DNA from: Catajapyx aquilonaris
Taxonomy: Eukaryota
NCBI GenBank assembly: GCA_000934665.2
Contig: JYFJ02000983.1
Coordinates: 62,001 to 102,585, forward strand
Reading direction: 5' to 3'
Length of the DNA stretch: 40,585 nucleotides
Shown here one piece after another: positions 1 through 12,407 of this stretch (its first letter is position 1; every line of letters begins with the position of its first letter). The notes under the pieces were generated by a model. It saw nothing but the letters and a program-made list of their open reading frames with translations. It was not told the DNA's origin and ran no database searches. The position numbers and the translations under genes were made by a program.

Positions 1-383
1 AACGGTTTCATGGACAAATTATTTTAAAATTCTGGGGCCAAAGCACTGGAGACCAAAATGCTGTGGGTTCATATGCACTGGGAGCGAATGTTCTGGGGGC
101 AAAACTGCGGAAACAAACAGTGAGGGATGCCTGAGGTTTTGCCTTTACTTGAAAGTTTGGGTGAGATCTCCCAAGTTCAGTGTGGGATTTTAAATGTGGT
201 CAGCTGTTGGATGAATTTCCATCAATGTTATGAGTTATTCCAGTAGGCATTCAAGAATATTGAATCCTTTAGTTTTATGAGCTTAGTTTGTGTGATTAGT
301 AAAAGATTATTATTATTCCTAAATATTTGTAAGAGGAGGATAGCAAAAACCATATGGGTTTGACATCTTGCTCTTAACTGCAG

Positions 384-602
384 ATACAGAAGATCAGATA
401 CCACACTTTGATGAAAATTAAGGGACCTTATAAGAAATGTCGCCGCCGTTGTGTTGGTTGCTATGCCAGATGGAGGCGCCAGAGTGGGAAGAAGGAAGCA
501 GATAATAAATCAAAAAAAGTTACTACATATTGTGCAGATTGTGAGAAACAGCCAGTACTTTGCATTGACTGCTTCAATGAAAGACATGTGGAAGTTACCT
601 GA
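384..602 (+). CDS. Terminal exon encoding a piggyBac-transposase-type C-terminal cysteine-rich (zinc-ribbon) domain; 5' part of the gene is outside the window or unidentified
   Basis: Acceptor ctcttaactgcAG|384 (phase 0) gives IQKIRYHTLMKIKGPYKKCRRRCVGCYARW...KKVTTYCADCEKQPVLCIDCFNERHVEVT*. The H...RCxxC...TxxYCxxC...LCxxCFxxxH spacing matches the piggyBac/PGBD CRD. AATAAA at about 806. No transposase core lies upstream within the window. Confidence 0.7.
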   Translation: MQKIRYHTLMKIKGPYKKCRRRCVGCYARWRRQSGKKEADNKSKKVTTYCADCEKQPVLCIDCFNERHVEVT

Positions 603-2080
603 AGGTGGAGTGTCATTTCCATTTTTGCTTTGACAATATTGGTATCTTTGACAATCTCAATGAGCTGCCAGCTGGTGTGGATTAGGGTGCTGCACAGGAC
701 ACAGTTGTCTGACTTACTTGTAAGTCAACTGGTTAGCAGTGTTGTACAGTGATATTAGTAATAAGACGCGGCGTTTTTTTATTTGTTTACATCGAGTGTT
801 CATGCAATAAAACTTATAAAATAAAATACTCTTAGTCATTATTGTTTTGAAGAATGCTGCCTACAATTACAAATTATGAATAAGTTGCAATATGAGGCAG
901 TGATGGCAAAGTTCGGGATTGTGACAGAAGTTGAAGATCCTAAGGGCCACGTCAGACCATGCACGCAGATTAATTCTTCTGATGTACACAGGCTGCCACT
1001 TAGACCATTCCTCTCACTCACCTTGGTTGCATGCATTGGATTTACAAGTTCTAAATCATATGACCAACACATGAATTCACTAGACTGTAAGGGGTTGGCG
1101 CAGGGTTAGGGAGGACCTCTCCCCTCGTCCTTTCAGACATCTGACGTCAGACAAGGAAATCAGTATTAATAATAATCATAATTAAATATTAAATAAGTTC
1201 ACATATTTCAAATACTGCCATTTGACAATATTCCAGAGAAATCAGGAATGTGGCCTGTTCCATGCCTGTTCCACCAAATATGAATTTCTATCCTTTTTTT
1301 TTTCACTTCCTGTTTTCCTCGTCCCACTTGCCTAGACACTCAAAGCCAAAAACATGTTGAAACTGTCGCATTTTGAGGCCAGTCTCATTTGAGTTCGCGC
1401 CACCTGCACTACAGTGGTTTCGGGTTGGTTCAGGCGCCTGCCCAAATCACAAGATCCATGTGGGGATGCACCAGCACCACGGAGGAGACTTTTATATTAA
1501 CTACCATGTTGTAGGAGTTGCATGGGGCTGCTCTGGGCCAAACACCAAACACCTTAGTTCTGTTATGGTTAGCCTTATCCTGACACAAAATCATATCCAA
1601 TAATTTTGCGCACACATTGTTTCTTTATGATGGCATCAGGAGGATTAATGAACAGTGATTAACTCCAGAAATATGGTGTCTGCCATTGATGGCAAAATTT
1701 AAATGGAGAGTTTTGCAAAATGCAGTTGAGCAAATCTAGGTTTGCCCTTTTCAGTTGTCTCAATCATGTACCAGAAACTGAGTTGTTGGATAAAAATATG
1801 TTTCCTATCGATTTCCTGTAGTGTTTACCAGTATACATGGGCAGATTTGAAAGTAGATTTTGTAGATTTGAAATTACTTACTACATTAACATTCACTTTT
1901 AAAAATTGATATGTTTTGTTTCGAGATGTGTTACCTGATATATAGGGATATTGTGCATATGTTCATAAAGATTACTATAATTTTTGTAGCTTAGACATTA
2001 TCGTAAATACTCTTGGCATCATTGGTGAGGATCTAAAATGTCACTCATTTGATAACAACACTTTTTTATTGTGTTGACAG

Positions 2081-4139
2081 GCTTATGCAGATGAAACTCT
2101 CCTGGGTCACAGAAAGAGAAGGAGTTCAGTGTGGACTTATTTTACAACTATGACAAATCTTCATGGTTTTGCGCAATGTAATCTTTGCAACAAGACCATC
2201 TCATACAGATCAACACTTACAAACTTGAAGAGTCACTTGAAATCCATTCATGAATTGGCCTTGGTCGGCAATTGCAGTGGTCAGCCACCTGCTCAAGCCA
2301 AAGTCATCACAACCCACCAAAGCGACATAGCCAGGACTACTGCTAACACTGGTAATATTTCCATTCAATTAAACTTTTGTATTAAATTGACATTATGCCA
2401 TTCGGTGACAAATACATTTTTTCCCTTTCATAGCTTACTTAAATCCAGTTGGAATGTGCATTAATAGGGAAGAAGTTGTGGGGGCAGCTCCAACTGAAAC
2501 CATTGTTCCAGACAAACATTGGAGCTATTTTCAGCAACAACAAGGACTGATGGCTGCTCCAAAAATGATAACTCTTTCTGAGAATGGTGACATTGATTCC
2601 ATATTAGTGGAGTTTTTTATCAAGCATTACCAGCCACTTTCACTGGTTGAAGCACCAGGATTTGTTAATCTGATTCACGCACTGAATCCCAACTACACAC
2701 TTCCAACTGAGAATTACCTTTTAAAAACATTGCTCCCTACCATGTATGAGGCTTCCTTGAAGGCAGTGCAAAAAAAGTTAATTACGGCAGGGGGTGTATG
2801 CATAACCTGTGAGTCTTGGACGTCAGTTACCATGGATAGTTTCATGAGCATTTCAGCTCACTTCATTAACAATGACTTTGTAATGCAGCATGTGTTGTTG
2901 CAGTGTTCAGAAACTACAGGGCAGGTCACCTCGGATGATCTTGCAAATGATGTCAAACATGTGGTGCATGAGCGGGGACTAGAAAACCAAGTTTTGTTAG
3001 TGGTGACTGATGACTCAACAGATAAGGTTAGAATCAGTGAATTAAATACATGGCAGCACTTAGGGTGTGTTGCTCAAAAACTTAATCGAATTGTGAGAAA
3101 GTGCCTTGAGATTGCTGAACCAGTGCTTGTGAAAGTACGAGACATTGTTTCCTACTTCAGAAGAAGTGAATCAGCCAATGAGCAACTTCGTACCATGCAG
3201 AGAGGTGTTTCTTGTGATGCACCATCGCAGCTTATTATGGATGATAATTCCAGATGGCTTACTACTTTCTACATGCTGAACAGATTTACAGAACTGGAGG
3301 GAGTCATTAGGAGTTTGGAAGCGTCACTACCAATGCCATTGATTACTTCTGGTGATGGACAGATTTGTTTGGAGCTGGTAGAAGTCCTGAAGCCCTGGGA
3401 AGAAGTGACTGTCAAATTAAGTGAAGATGGTTACTTGGCAGGGGCATTAGGAATTCTTTATGTGGATGGATTGAGAGATCACTGTTCTGACATGAAGAAA
3501 AAATCCTATTCATCGCTCACTGTAGATGTGGTTAACTGCATGGACAATGAAATGGAAGTGCTGGTGAAAGAGATTGAACAGAGCAGTTCTTTGGGCCTCT
3601 CCTTGCTTCTTGATCCAAGATTTAAAATGTTAGGATTCAAAGACACTCACCAAGCAGAAATTATCAAAAGTAAACTAAAGGTTCATCTCCTTGCTGAAGA
3701 AACCAGTACAGTCAAGAACTGCTCCCCACAATCAGGTTCCAAATCATCAACGAAGCCAACAGTTTTGTCAAAATTACAGAAGAAAATTGCTACTGCACAG
3801 TTGAATTCTCGCAAGTTCTCCGAATTGGAATGGTGAGATATTCAAATGCACAATTTAATTTTCTCTTCTTTTTCTTCTAACACATGTAATGATCTTTGTA
3901 GTTATCTGAGTGAGCCTTCCCCATCAATGAGTGAAGATCCTCTCCAGTGGTGGCAAGAACGGCAGTACTCATACCCAGTGATGTCTAAAATTGCTAAAAA
4001 CCAGCTCTGTGTTCAGGCTTCTTCTGTACCCTGCAACCATGTGTTTTCCAAAGGTGGATTGATGATTACTGATAATCGAAGCAGGCTCAGTGCAGATGTA
4101 GTTAAACATCTCACAGTTTTGAATGCCTTTATGGAATAA
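2081..4139 (+). CDS. BED zinc-finger/hAT transposase-derived protein (ZBED1/ZBED4-like), 3 exons, probably domesticated; 5' end not found
   Basis: Exons 2081-2351, 2434-3832 and 3902-4139 join by GT-AG introns in phases 1 and 2, giving about 635 aa with no stop. Motifs: BED finger SSVWTYF...AQCNLCNK...TNLKSHLKSIH; hAT core PLSLVEAPGF, ESWTS, SAHFI, VVTD, SRWLTT, LLDPRFK; dimerisation domain ELECYLSEP...DPLQWW...YP...ASSVPC..VFS.GG...RSRLS. Confidence 0.85.
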
Positions 4140-4234
4140 GAAAAAATAAATTATGGACATGGCACACGGGGCTGTGCTGGATGTACTGCGGTAAGTGCAT
4201 TTGTAAAGGGTATGTTTTAAAAATACTGTATATA

Positions 4235-4590
4235 CTTGCCCTAACCCTGCATAATTCGGCCAGCTTGAAATTGTGGCTGCTCGATTTATGGAGAGGCATC
4301 ACACGCTCATAAAATGACATCTAGGGTGCCGGAGAGGTGCCCACCAAAATGGGTGGGTCCTGGCCCACAATTACACTAAATATGGAACCTCTAGGATAAT
4401 TACTGTATTGTGTACAAGGTATTTAAAGTGTGTCACAAGGTGCAGAACAATTCGGCCTTAGTGCTTGCTGTGTCAAAATAAATCCGCCAGGTGATGTAAC
4501 CCCACTGTAGTTTTATCAGCATGTGACTCCTCTCCGCAAATCGAGCAGCCACGATTTCAAGGTGGCCGAATTATTCTGGGCTAGGGCAAG
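4235..4590. mobile_element. MITE with about 55-bp imperfect TIRs and TA flanks (Tc1/mariner-type)
   Basis: Left end TA|cttgccctaaccctgcataattcggccagcttgaaattgtggctgctcgattt is the inverted repeat of right end aaatcgagcagccacgatttcaaggtggccgaattattctgggctagggcaag|TA. Confidence 0.75.
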
Positions 4591-4705
4591 TAAAAGCCAG
4601 TTATAAAAGCTACAGTAAAACAGTAAAAAACCATTTCTGGAGAATGTTTAGTGACCTTTTAAGACTGGAGATGGATGTTCTCTGTGTTCTTCTGAAGCCT
4701 TGATA

Positions 4706-5322
4706 CGAGGGTTGATTCATAAGTCATGGCGCATACTTTTTTATTCGAAAACGGTAAAATATACAGAGATGACCTTTGCTGAATTTTGAAGATCCGGCGA
4801 TTTCAATTTTTTCTGGCATTTAGATGTCGCCCATATCGCGAGGGGGGTGGGGAAACAAAGGGGGAATATGACACACACACACACGCACACGCACACACCC
4901 CTCCCCACTGCACCATCGCCCTAAGACAGCACGAGCCTGACGCGCTTGGAGCTGTTGGACGTTGCATGCTGGACACTCGGCGATGGACAACACGGGAGCT
5001 TGAATTCGAGTGTGGGACGAGTCGGAGCACTATGCTTAGGATTCCAAACTGAAAGGCCTCAGGAAGTTGGCATCCTTTCGGGTTCCTCTCCATCTCTTTG
5101 AGGTGCAAAAGTGCTGCCATTTTGCCCTCGCTTGGAACGCTATTGCATTGAGGGCGATGGTTTTTTAAAACTGTCTGTGGTGATGGATGACACATGGCTT
5201 CAGTCATGTTGCTCTGACTTGTCCCACACTCGATAGCAAGCTCCTGGGTTGTCCATCTCCGAGTGTCCCGCATACAGCGTCCAACAGCTCGGGCCATCTG
5301 AGGGCAATGGTGCGGTGAGGGG
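4706..5322. mobile_element. Degraded mariner element with two inverted copies of a transposase HTH fragment
   Basis: Mariner-like end TA|cgagggttgattcataagt. The plus strand (about 4900-5040) reads AVGRCMLDTRRWTTRELEFECGTSRSTMLRI. The minus strand (about 5205-5322) reads AVGRCMRDTRRWTTQELAIECGTSQSNM. Both resemble the mariner DRRxTxRELAxExGxSxxT HTH. Confidence 0.65.
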
Positions 5323-6073
5323 GTCACGATCCCCTTTTGTTTGTTGAAATGTTGCATTGGTCAAGGAGTGTAGAGCACTGCCTGTTATGTTTTTGATAAA
5401 TAATGACATTTTCAAATTTGATCTGCAGATTTTATGCTTAATTGCCTCAATGCTAGCCCTGCAGCCCAGTGGTACACGCTGGTACATGTCTACATGAATG
5501 TTAATTGCAAAACAAGGGTAAGGTGTAATTAGTGCTGAAAGTTACGGAAATCCTTTGCTGTATCATGTCCGAGTACTATAGATGCATTAACCACAGTGAG
5601 TCTTGCTGATGAGTTCATGGACGTGACTGTTCCTTCTGAACTTTCTAAAGAAAAAGGACTGACGTAGAGTAGGTCAAGATCCAGCCTTTCTCATGTGAGA
5701 AAATATAATTATGGCACATTGTTTCTTGAAAACAGTGTGTCTGTCCTGCCAAGCCCTTGCACACTAGATGGTGAAGAGAGTACTTTGTGTAGTGTTTTTT
5801 GACAAAATTAAGTCAAGAGCAACCTTGGTGCGGGCTTTTGTATCCTGCTCCTTGTTGGTCACTTGTAGAGTGCCAAATTCATGATGAAATTATTGGTCTT
5901 TAATTCCACTCTTTCAAGAGACTCAGGTATGGTAAGAAAAAAAGTATTATGCAATTAAATTTTGCATTCTGTTATTTATGGTATCATTTATTTGGAGTGT
6001 CGCATGTATTAGAATAATTGAAAAATAATCACCAAAAGCTGTATCTTAGCCCATGCTATTTTATTGCCTGCAG

Positions 6074-6520
6074 GAGGAAATTCGCCTGCTGCCGTTTTCG
6101 GTGGCTGAAGTTGGGACCATTTTACTGACACTGTCAAATGAGATGCAGGAACAGCCACAGGTCCAAGATGCCGACCTCCCAGAGTTTTCACATAATCTTG
6201 AGGCGTTCCTTGCAGGCAAAGAGTCACCAAGGATGGCAATGGTTCAGCTGAAGGAAGAGATCTTGCAGTACTTGGAGTGAGTATCCATCTCATTGTATTG
6301 CAGTGTGGACCTGTGATTGTTCATGGACTGATTGAATTTGGCATTTTTTTCTGTTCTACTTAATAGTGACAATAAATTGGTGATGGAGGGGAATCATGGG
6401 GTTTTGCGATGGCAGTACAATGAACTTGGGAAAAAACTTGCCAGGAAATATCCAAATCTGACTTGGGGTCCCACAAAGAAAAATGCAGCAAAAGAGAGTG
6501 GCCCACCTAAAAATGTCTGG
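6074..6520 (+). CDS. Two phase-compatible exons of an unidentified protein (possibly a transposon accessory or SAMD3-like fragment)
   Basis: Exon 6074-6276 (cctgcAG|...|GTGAGT, phase 0 in, phase 2 out) and exon 6367-6520 (taatAG|...|GTAAGT) join in frame: EEIRLLPFSVAEVGTILLTL...EEILQYLDDNKLV...RWQYNELGKKLARKYPNLTWG...KNVW. A possible next exon at 6719 stops at 6829. Confidence 0.45.
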
Positions 6521-7968
6521 GTAAGTGTGCATTTCTCATTGTGACCTGATGTAATGTTAATCTTCAACAAGCAATAATTTTACGTTTTCACTAGTATTGT
6601 ATGAGATGGCAAGGTGTTGTTGTGTTCACCTTGTCATTACAGGCTACCCTATCTAGGCCTCTATGAGTAGACTCACTTATTTTAAAGCAAATGTATAATT
6701 CGCATTTTTAAAATAAAGATGGCTATCATTGGGCAAGTGGCGTCAATGCGGAGGATGCGACGATGCCGAAGAAAGAAACAAGCAGCAGCTGCAAGGAAAC
6801 ACCATGAGGATGCAGAAATTGTGCCATGAATGAAACAAAGCACAACTACTGATTGGGCGCATGGCGTCACCATTTCAGAGGAATGTGATTTTAAAAATGA
6901 AAGTGCACCAATGGTGAATGTAAAAACTGAATCGACCCACGTCAGAGAAAATTTTTGTTCCTGAAGAAAGACAATGTCCAATCATTTTGTGAATGCACAG
7001 TTGTGTCATCAACAATAAATCCAAAGAAGTTGTTTTATACTGTCGATAACTGAACTCACCCTGTCAATCTCTGCCATTGCTGACATTACACGTAATTGTA
7101 AATGAATCGATTGTCAGTGAAATGTCTACAAACGTCCATGATGTCATCGGCTGGGTTTCAGCTTTTGGTTTCCAACTTTATTTTTTCACCCTCGATGATG
7201 ATGTGAAATTTTCCAATCACCTTGGCCTGGACAGTGGCCTGGACCTCCAAAATCGCAAAGAGCTGTTACAATCGCTTCTGCGCAATAGGCTACAAAGGAG
7301 CTTGTTCAAGTAGCGGCTACTTTCATGAGCAGCTGTGCTACAATCGGGCTGTCGAAATCCGGCCATTGCAAATTTGCGCAGCTTGCAAAATTCCCAAAAA
7401 GTGTACTGCACTGGGCTGTTTGAAGTCTGGGTACGTCTCGGGTTGGCACCCAGCTGACACACCCGCATGATTTTGGGGCCAGCGTAAATGACTTTCCCGT
7501 AACCATGTTGCACCAGAGCCCACTTGTGATTTCGTGGCAAAGTGTCCAACACTGGCCAGTTGCTAATCCTCACTTAATCAGGGCAGCAGGTTGGGGTGGG
7601 TGGCATGCTGACATTGCAGCAGATAGAAGGACAATATATTCCTCATAAGATAACATGGACCACATTTGATCAGCTGTAAGACGAGAGTGGAGACAATAGA
7701 AATCTTCCAGCAGGGGCCCCACCCACTCTCAACCGTTGCAGGCATTTCATGCATTGGGAGTGGACATGCCTTGTGGGCACACTTTGAACTTCACTAATAT
7801 CTGTTGGCCTCCAAATTCATTGTGTAATGAGGTGTGTTATGGTTCTTGGCAACTGTTGCAGCCACATATTTTGTTTATTGTCACAGGTGTAAACAGCTCA
7901 GAAGATTCCACGACACGGAAATCTAGAATTTCTATTACCGTACCTCTGGTTTTTACATTGGAATCCAA

Positions 7969-10067
7969 ATGGCTGATGCAAGATTTTCATGGGACCCTTT
8001 GGAGGCTAGCGGCTGGGATCCCAAGAGTGTAACCCCTCACAGCATTCGGAGGATCAGGAAGTATGCGACCATAAATATGTACCCAATCTGGGTAAAGATG
8101 CTTATTAACCAAAGTGATATACGTAGGACAAAATAGTTGTTAGCACAGAATAAATAATTCTCTTGTAATCAGTGAATTGACTCTATAACAGGTGATTACA
8201 GGCTTATTTGCGTCAGTATTAATTGGCACGAGTTATGATCGAAGAATTATTGGACTTGTGACCTTTCTAATTGCACTTTTGCTAATGGAAGGCATAATTT
8301 TTTTATGAAGTTAATGTACGTTTATTGCTGCCTTACAATTGGAAAGAGATATTCACAAAATTAAGTAAGAGCCAAAGGCCAAAAAATACAAGTTGAATTG
8401 AAGTACATGTCCATGGAATTGTAATTGTAAAACCACTTATTACCCTTCATAGCCTTCACATGTTGAAGCTTGCTGGGTTCAAGGTGTTGAAAGCCCTTGA
8501 AATTTGAATCATGCAGCCTTTAAGTTATTGGATGAGTAATACACAGGTTTTATTGATGGCTTACCACCTACAATTCCGGTTTCAGTGACCTGAAGGCAAT
8601 ATATGAGGATCCGCCGCCAGGGATGTTTGTTTGCCCGGATGAGGAGGACTTGACAAAGGTGCACTGCCTGGTGACTGGCCCATGTGATACTCCCTATGAA
8701 GGAGGCTTCTTCTACTTCCTCATCAGGTTCCCACCAGACTATCCCATCAAGCCTCCCAAGGTCAGGCTGATGACCACCGACAGTGGAAGGGTGCGCTTCA
8801 ACCCTAACCTGTACAAGTCAGGGAAGGTCTGCCTCAGCATCATTGGGTATGGCCTCCTTTTTGAAAAGAGAAGCATTGTTTTAGTATTTGGTGCTAATGG
8901 GAGACATTCAAAATTTTAAGCTGTACGGGCACCACTTCATGCATTTCAGATATACAGTATACATGGGCTATTTTCATTTCCAAACTGACTCTTGTACTTA
9001 TAACTTTTTATTGTACAGTATTTGTGGTTTATGATGTGATTTACAGGACATGGCAAGGTCCAGCTTGGACTTCAGCTCTGAGCCTGTCTACTGTCCTCAT
9101 GTCAATTCAAAGCCTCATGTGTGAGAAGCCTTACCATAATGAGCCTGGGTATGAGAAGGTATGTTATCAGAGGCTGTTTAGACTGTTCATAAAGGTCAAA
9201 AATGTCAATGATATGATTATTTGATATTCAACTTAATATTACTGGATTAAGTATTTTGCCTTTACAAAGTGAAGAGATATTGCCCTGCCTAAAATACATT
9301 ATTGAAAATATGGTGTGTCCTTATTGCAAGTGAAGTGCATCTTGCTTTTCACAAAGTATTTTTATTTCTTCTGGAAAAGTAATTCTTGTGATGTTAGGGA
9401 CTAAAATGGCTCCTTGTGAGACATGGTAAAGGTCATGCCAGAGAGTGACCTGGTGTGTCTGTATCTTCTGTATATTTTTTCACCAGCAGAAGCTTTGAGT
9501 ATTTCTCATTAATCAAAGTACACTGTTCTCCAGGAATATAGTTCTGGTGACTCAGAACGCTACAACAAGACAGTCTGCCATGAGACAATCCGTGTGGCAG
9601 TGTGTGACATGGTTGGTGGTGAAGCAGGCTGTGTGGTACCTGAAGGTCTGAAGGAACCTATTGAGGCCACTTTCTTGGAGTTTTACGACTACTACCTACA
9701 GGCCATTGAGGCTAACAAGAACCTTGATGGGCAGCGGATGAGAGTGAGTATATGGCTCAGCTCACACTTTTGAGTACATGACAACAGCTGAATTCAAGTG
9801 CAGAGTGAAATAAGTTTCTGCTCCAACTACATCTTCAGAAATCTCTTGGGTTACATCATCCAGTAGTGATGTTCTGACGTTTTGGTCTTCATCAATTTGA
9901 TTCTCTTCCAGGATCCATTTGATCACAAGACAGGGAACTACAACTTCAAGAGCATGTTGCCTCGCCTCAAAGCTTTGTTTGAAAAACTTTCGGAGAAGCG
10001 CAACTCAGACAGTTTGCTGGCCACTAATATTGGCAGCTGGACATCAAGTGATGATGATGATGATTAG
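7969..10067 (+). CDS. UBE2Z: Ubiquitin-conjugating enzyme E2 Z (USE1), 5 coding exons, about 276 aa
   Basis: Exons 7969-8060, 8586-8846, 9047-9158, 9534-9743 and 9912-10067 are all GT-AG and in phase. Protein: [18 protein letters not shown]...[18 protein letters not shown]...[13 protein letters not shown]...[25 protein letters not shown]...[19 protein letters not shown]...[11 protein letters not shown]...DPF, with an acidic tail. 5'-UTR acceptor at 7886 with an in-frame stop before the ATG. AATAAA at 10229. Confidence 0.93.
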
Positions 10068-11814
10068 ATTAGCAGAGATGCAGAAGTACTGTTGGGACCA
10101 ATGAGGATCAAGGCACTGATTTAGAGGAGAAAACAAAACAGATGGAAATTCAGTGGTTTTTGTTCCTTCTTTATTTAGAAAGGTATTATGTGCTGAAATT
10201 TTGTGGGCATTTGCTTTGTATTACACAGAATAAACAACATGTGAAGAAGCTGTAAGTATGATGAATGGTTGGAAGGAGCATGGACTGCAGGGGAAAAACA
10301 CCACTTGTTTGCATGTTAAGTTTTCTTGCCTCACGAATCAGTCACTTCTCATCAACACTGTCTTACAGGCAGATCTGCAGTTCTCATGAGTGGAAATGGG
10401 GGAGAAATAGTAAAGTATATTTTAATCTATACTTCTACAGTATGATAGCCCAGGAACCATAATTGAATTTTTTTTAAGATCACAGACTGAATTGCTTGGC
10501 GTGCTAGCCTGACTATAGCAACGTCCATCGTACAGTAAACCATGTACGATGCCCCTGAAAATATGTGGAGAGAGAGGGGGGGCCTATAATGAATATCAGT
10601 AAATAACAATTTATTTTAGTATCTGTTAATTTCTTGTTGTTATACAACTAAACAGTTTTAACAACACATCATATTTGTACAATATTTTTGTCCCATTGCC
10701 AAAATGGAAAGTGCTAAACAAGTTGTAGTGATTGTGTTTTGTGTACAAATACCACCAGCACAGTATTATCAGAGACTCAAACAAAATGTGCGAGAAAGTG
10801 TGAAATAACATCATGCTGACAGTACAAAATACATTTGTTTTGGCAGTGTACATTGTAAGCTTCATGCTCATTTTAATGAGGAACATTGAAATCACAAACC
10901 ATTTTAAAAACGTACAAGCTGAAATCAGGTTACGAGAATGGTGACACAGAGCATCTTATAAATATTTATGATATTTCCTGTAATCATGTGGCAAGTTTTT
11001 GTTCAATCATTATCATGATTATGTCTCCAAGACAATAACAAGAATGTGCCATTTCCATACAAAGAGTACTCCGTTGCATCATGTAAATGTGATGATGTGC
11101 AGCTTTAAATTTTTAACGCATTGTAACCTGCACAACATACAATACTGCTTGTGTTTGAACTGACATTGTTTTTTTATCAACTAAATGTAATCCTTGAAAG
11201 GTTGTGGCAGCTACTGTCAACTCAGAAGAGAATCCACACAGCCAGTCGTACAGGAAAAATTGCAACGGCTTTACAAAAACAGATTTGTCATTCTTTGGCT
11301 CCTGATGCAACAATGAAGAAGGTACTCCGAAAAAGAGGATCCTTGTCCCATGAAATTCCTCGCTGATATAATTCAATGATGGACAGTGATGTAACATTTG
11401 AATGTAACTTAAAAGCCTTCTTTCAGAAACTTCTATTGGTAATTAACACTGCAAGTAATTGCATCTTACTGTTGAAGGAAATCATTTTTACAAAAAGACA
11501 GTCCACATACATAAATTTTATTCTACCTTATTAACAACACAATCATGCAAACTCTAGTGTCCACCATGATCTGCTTTACAATGTTTGGAGAATAGAATGC
11601 TGCCAAATATATTTTCTTGCATAAGGTTCTATTTTCAATTTGAGAGAGAATTTAAAAAGTACCCATTAAAAAAAAAAAAAGTAATAACCTTCATACCAAA
11701 TGAACACTTGAACCCATTGTCTTGTCATAATTCCTCGCACAAAATGCTAATCAAAATAGGAAAACATCGCCCAAACATTACAGTACTAAAAAGTTGAACC
11801 ACTGCTCTGACAAT

Positions 11815-12026
11815 GAGTGCGTTTACATGGGACTAAAAATCGGCCTAGCCTATGCTAGGCGAACCGGTTTACTCCCATGTAGACGCTGGGCCTACGATAG
11901 ACCGGCCTTATCTGATCCGTTGTCGGGCGCAGCCCAAGCCTTTTGGATCGGGTGGTCTACCTAAGGCGATGGCCTTGCTTAGGAAGCCTGGGTCAGTCCG
12001 ATTTTTAGTCCCATGTAAACGTACTC
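11815..12026. mobile_element. PIF/Harbinger-like MITE with 3-bp AAT target duplication
   Basis: AAT|gagtgcgtttacatgggactaaaaatcgg ... ccgatttttagtcccatgtaaacgtactc|AAT. Confidence 0.75.
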
Positions 12027-12407
12027 AATGACAAACAGCTTACATGCTTATTTTGATCCTAATCCCTACACCTGCCTACACCATATGATAAGCACTTACT
12101 AGAAATAAAAATTGATAGTATCTCTTTCAAATTGTGTAAGTAACCAGGGAGAAAAAAAAACTGGGAAAAACTTGGCACTTTGAGTCCACTGTGAAGGTTG
12201 GCCTGCACACAATAAAGTGATATAATATGCACATGATACATAAATCTTGTCCTGTACTTGAGCACTAACACACTTATCCTTGGCCACACTCTTCTTCAAA
12301 ATAGGTTCCGAACACTTCACTTATGACACATCATGTCATGATTTTGCTGAGTTTTTTAAACATGATCTGTAGACCTGACAAAATGTGTGAAGTTTTCTGT
12401 GACAAAA

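Noticed and set aside
25..130. Degenerate ~15-bp repeats (ggggccaaagcact-like) ending in ggatgcc
   Set aside because: Probably a transposon subterminal repeat array, but it is too decayed and has no partner end in the window. It is not CRISPR-like.
876..1615. Short ORFs at 876-1109 and 1373-1603 and their antisense partners
   Set aside because: No recognisable motifs or consistent splice structure.
1990..2024. Possible micro-exon before the BED exon (tttgtAG|...|GTGAGG)
   Set aside because: It has stops in frame with the 2081 acceptor and fits only a secondary acceptor at 2090. It cannot be resolved without transcripts, and it is a caveat for the phase-0 cassette idea.
7000..7573. Cluster of overlapping ORFs, including a Cys-rich 82-aa frame
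   Set aside because: All frames are broken by stops and no family motif is recognisable. Possibly decayed transposon sequence.
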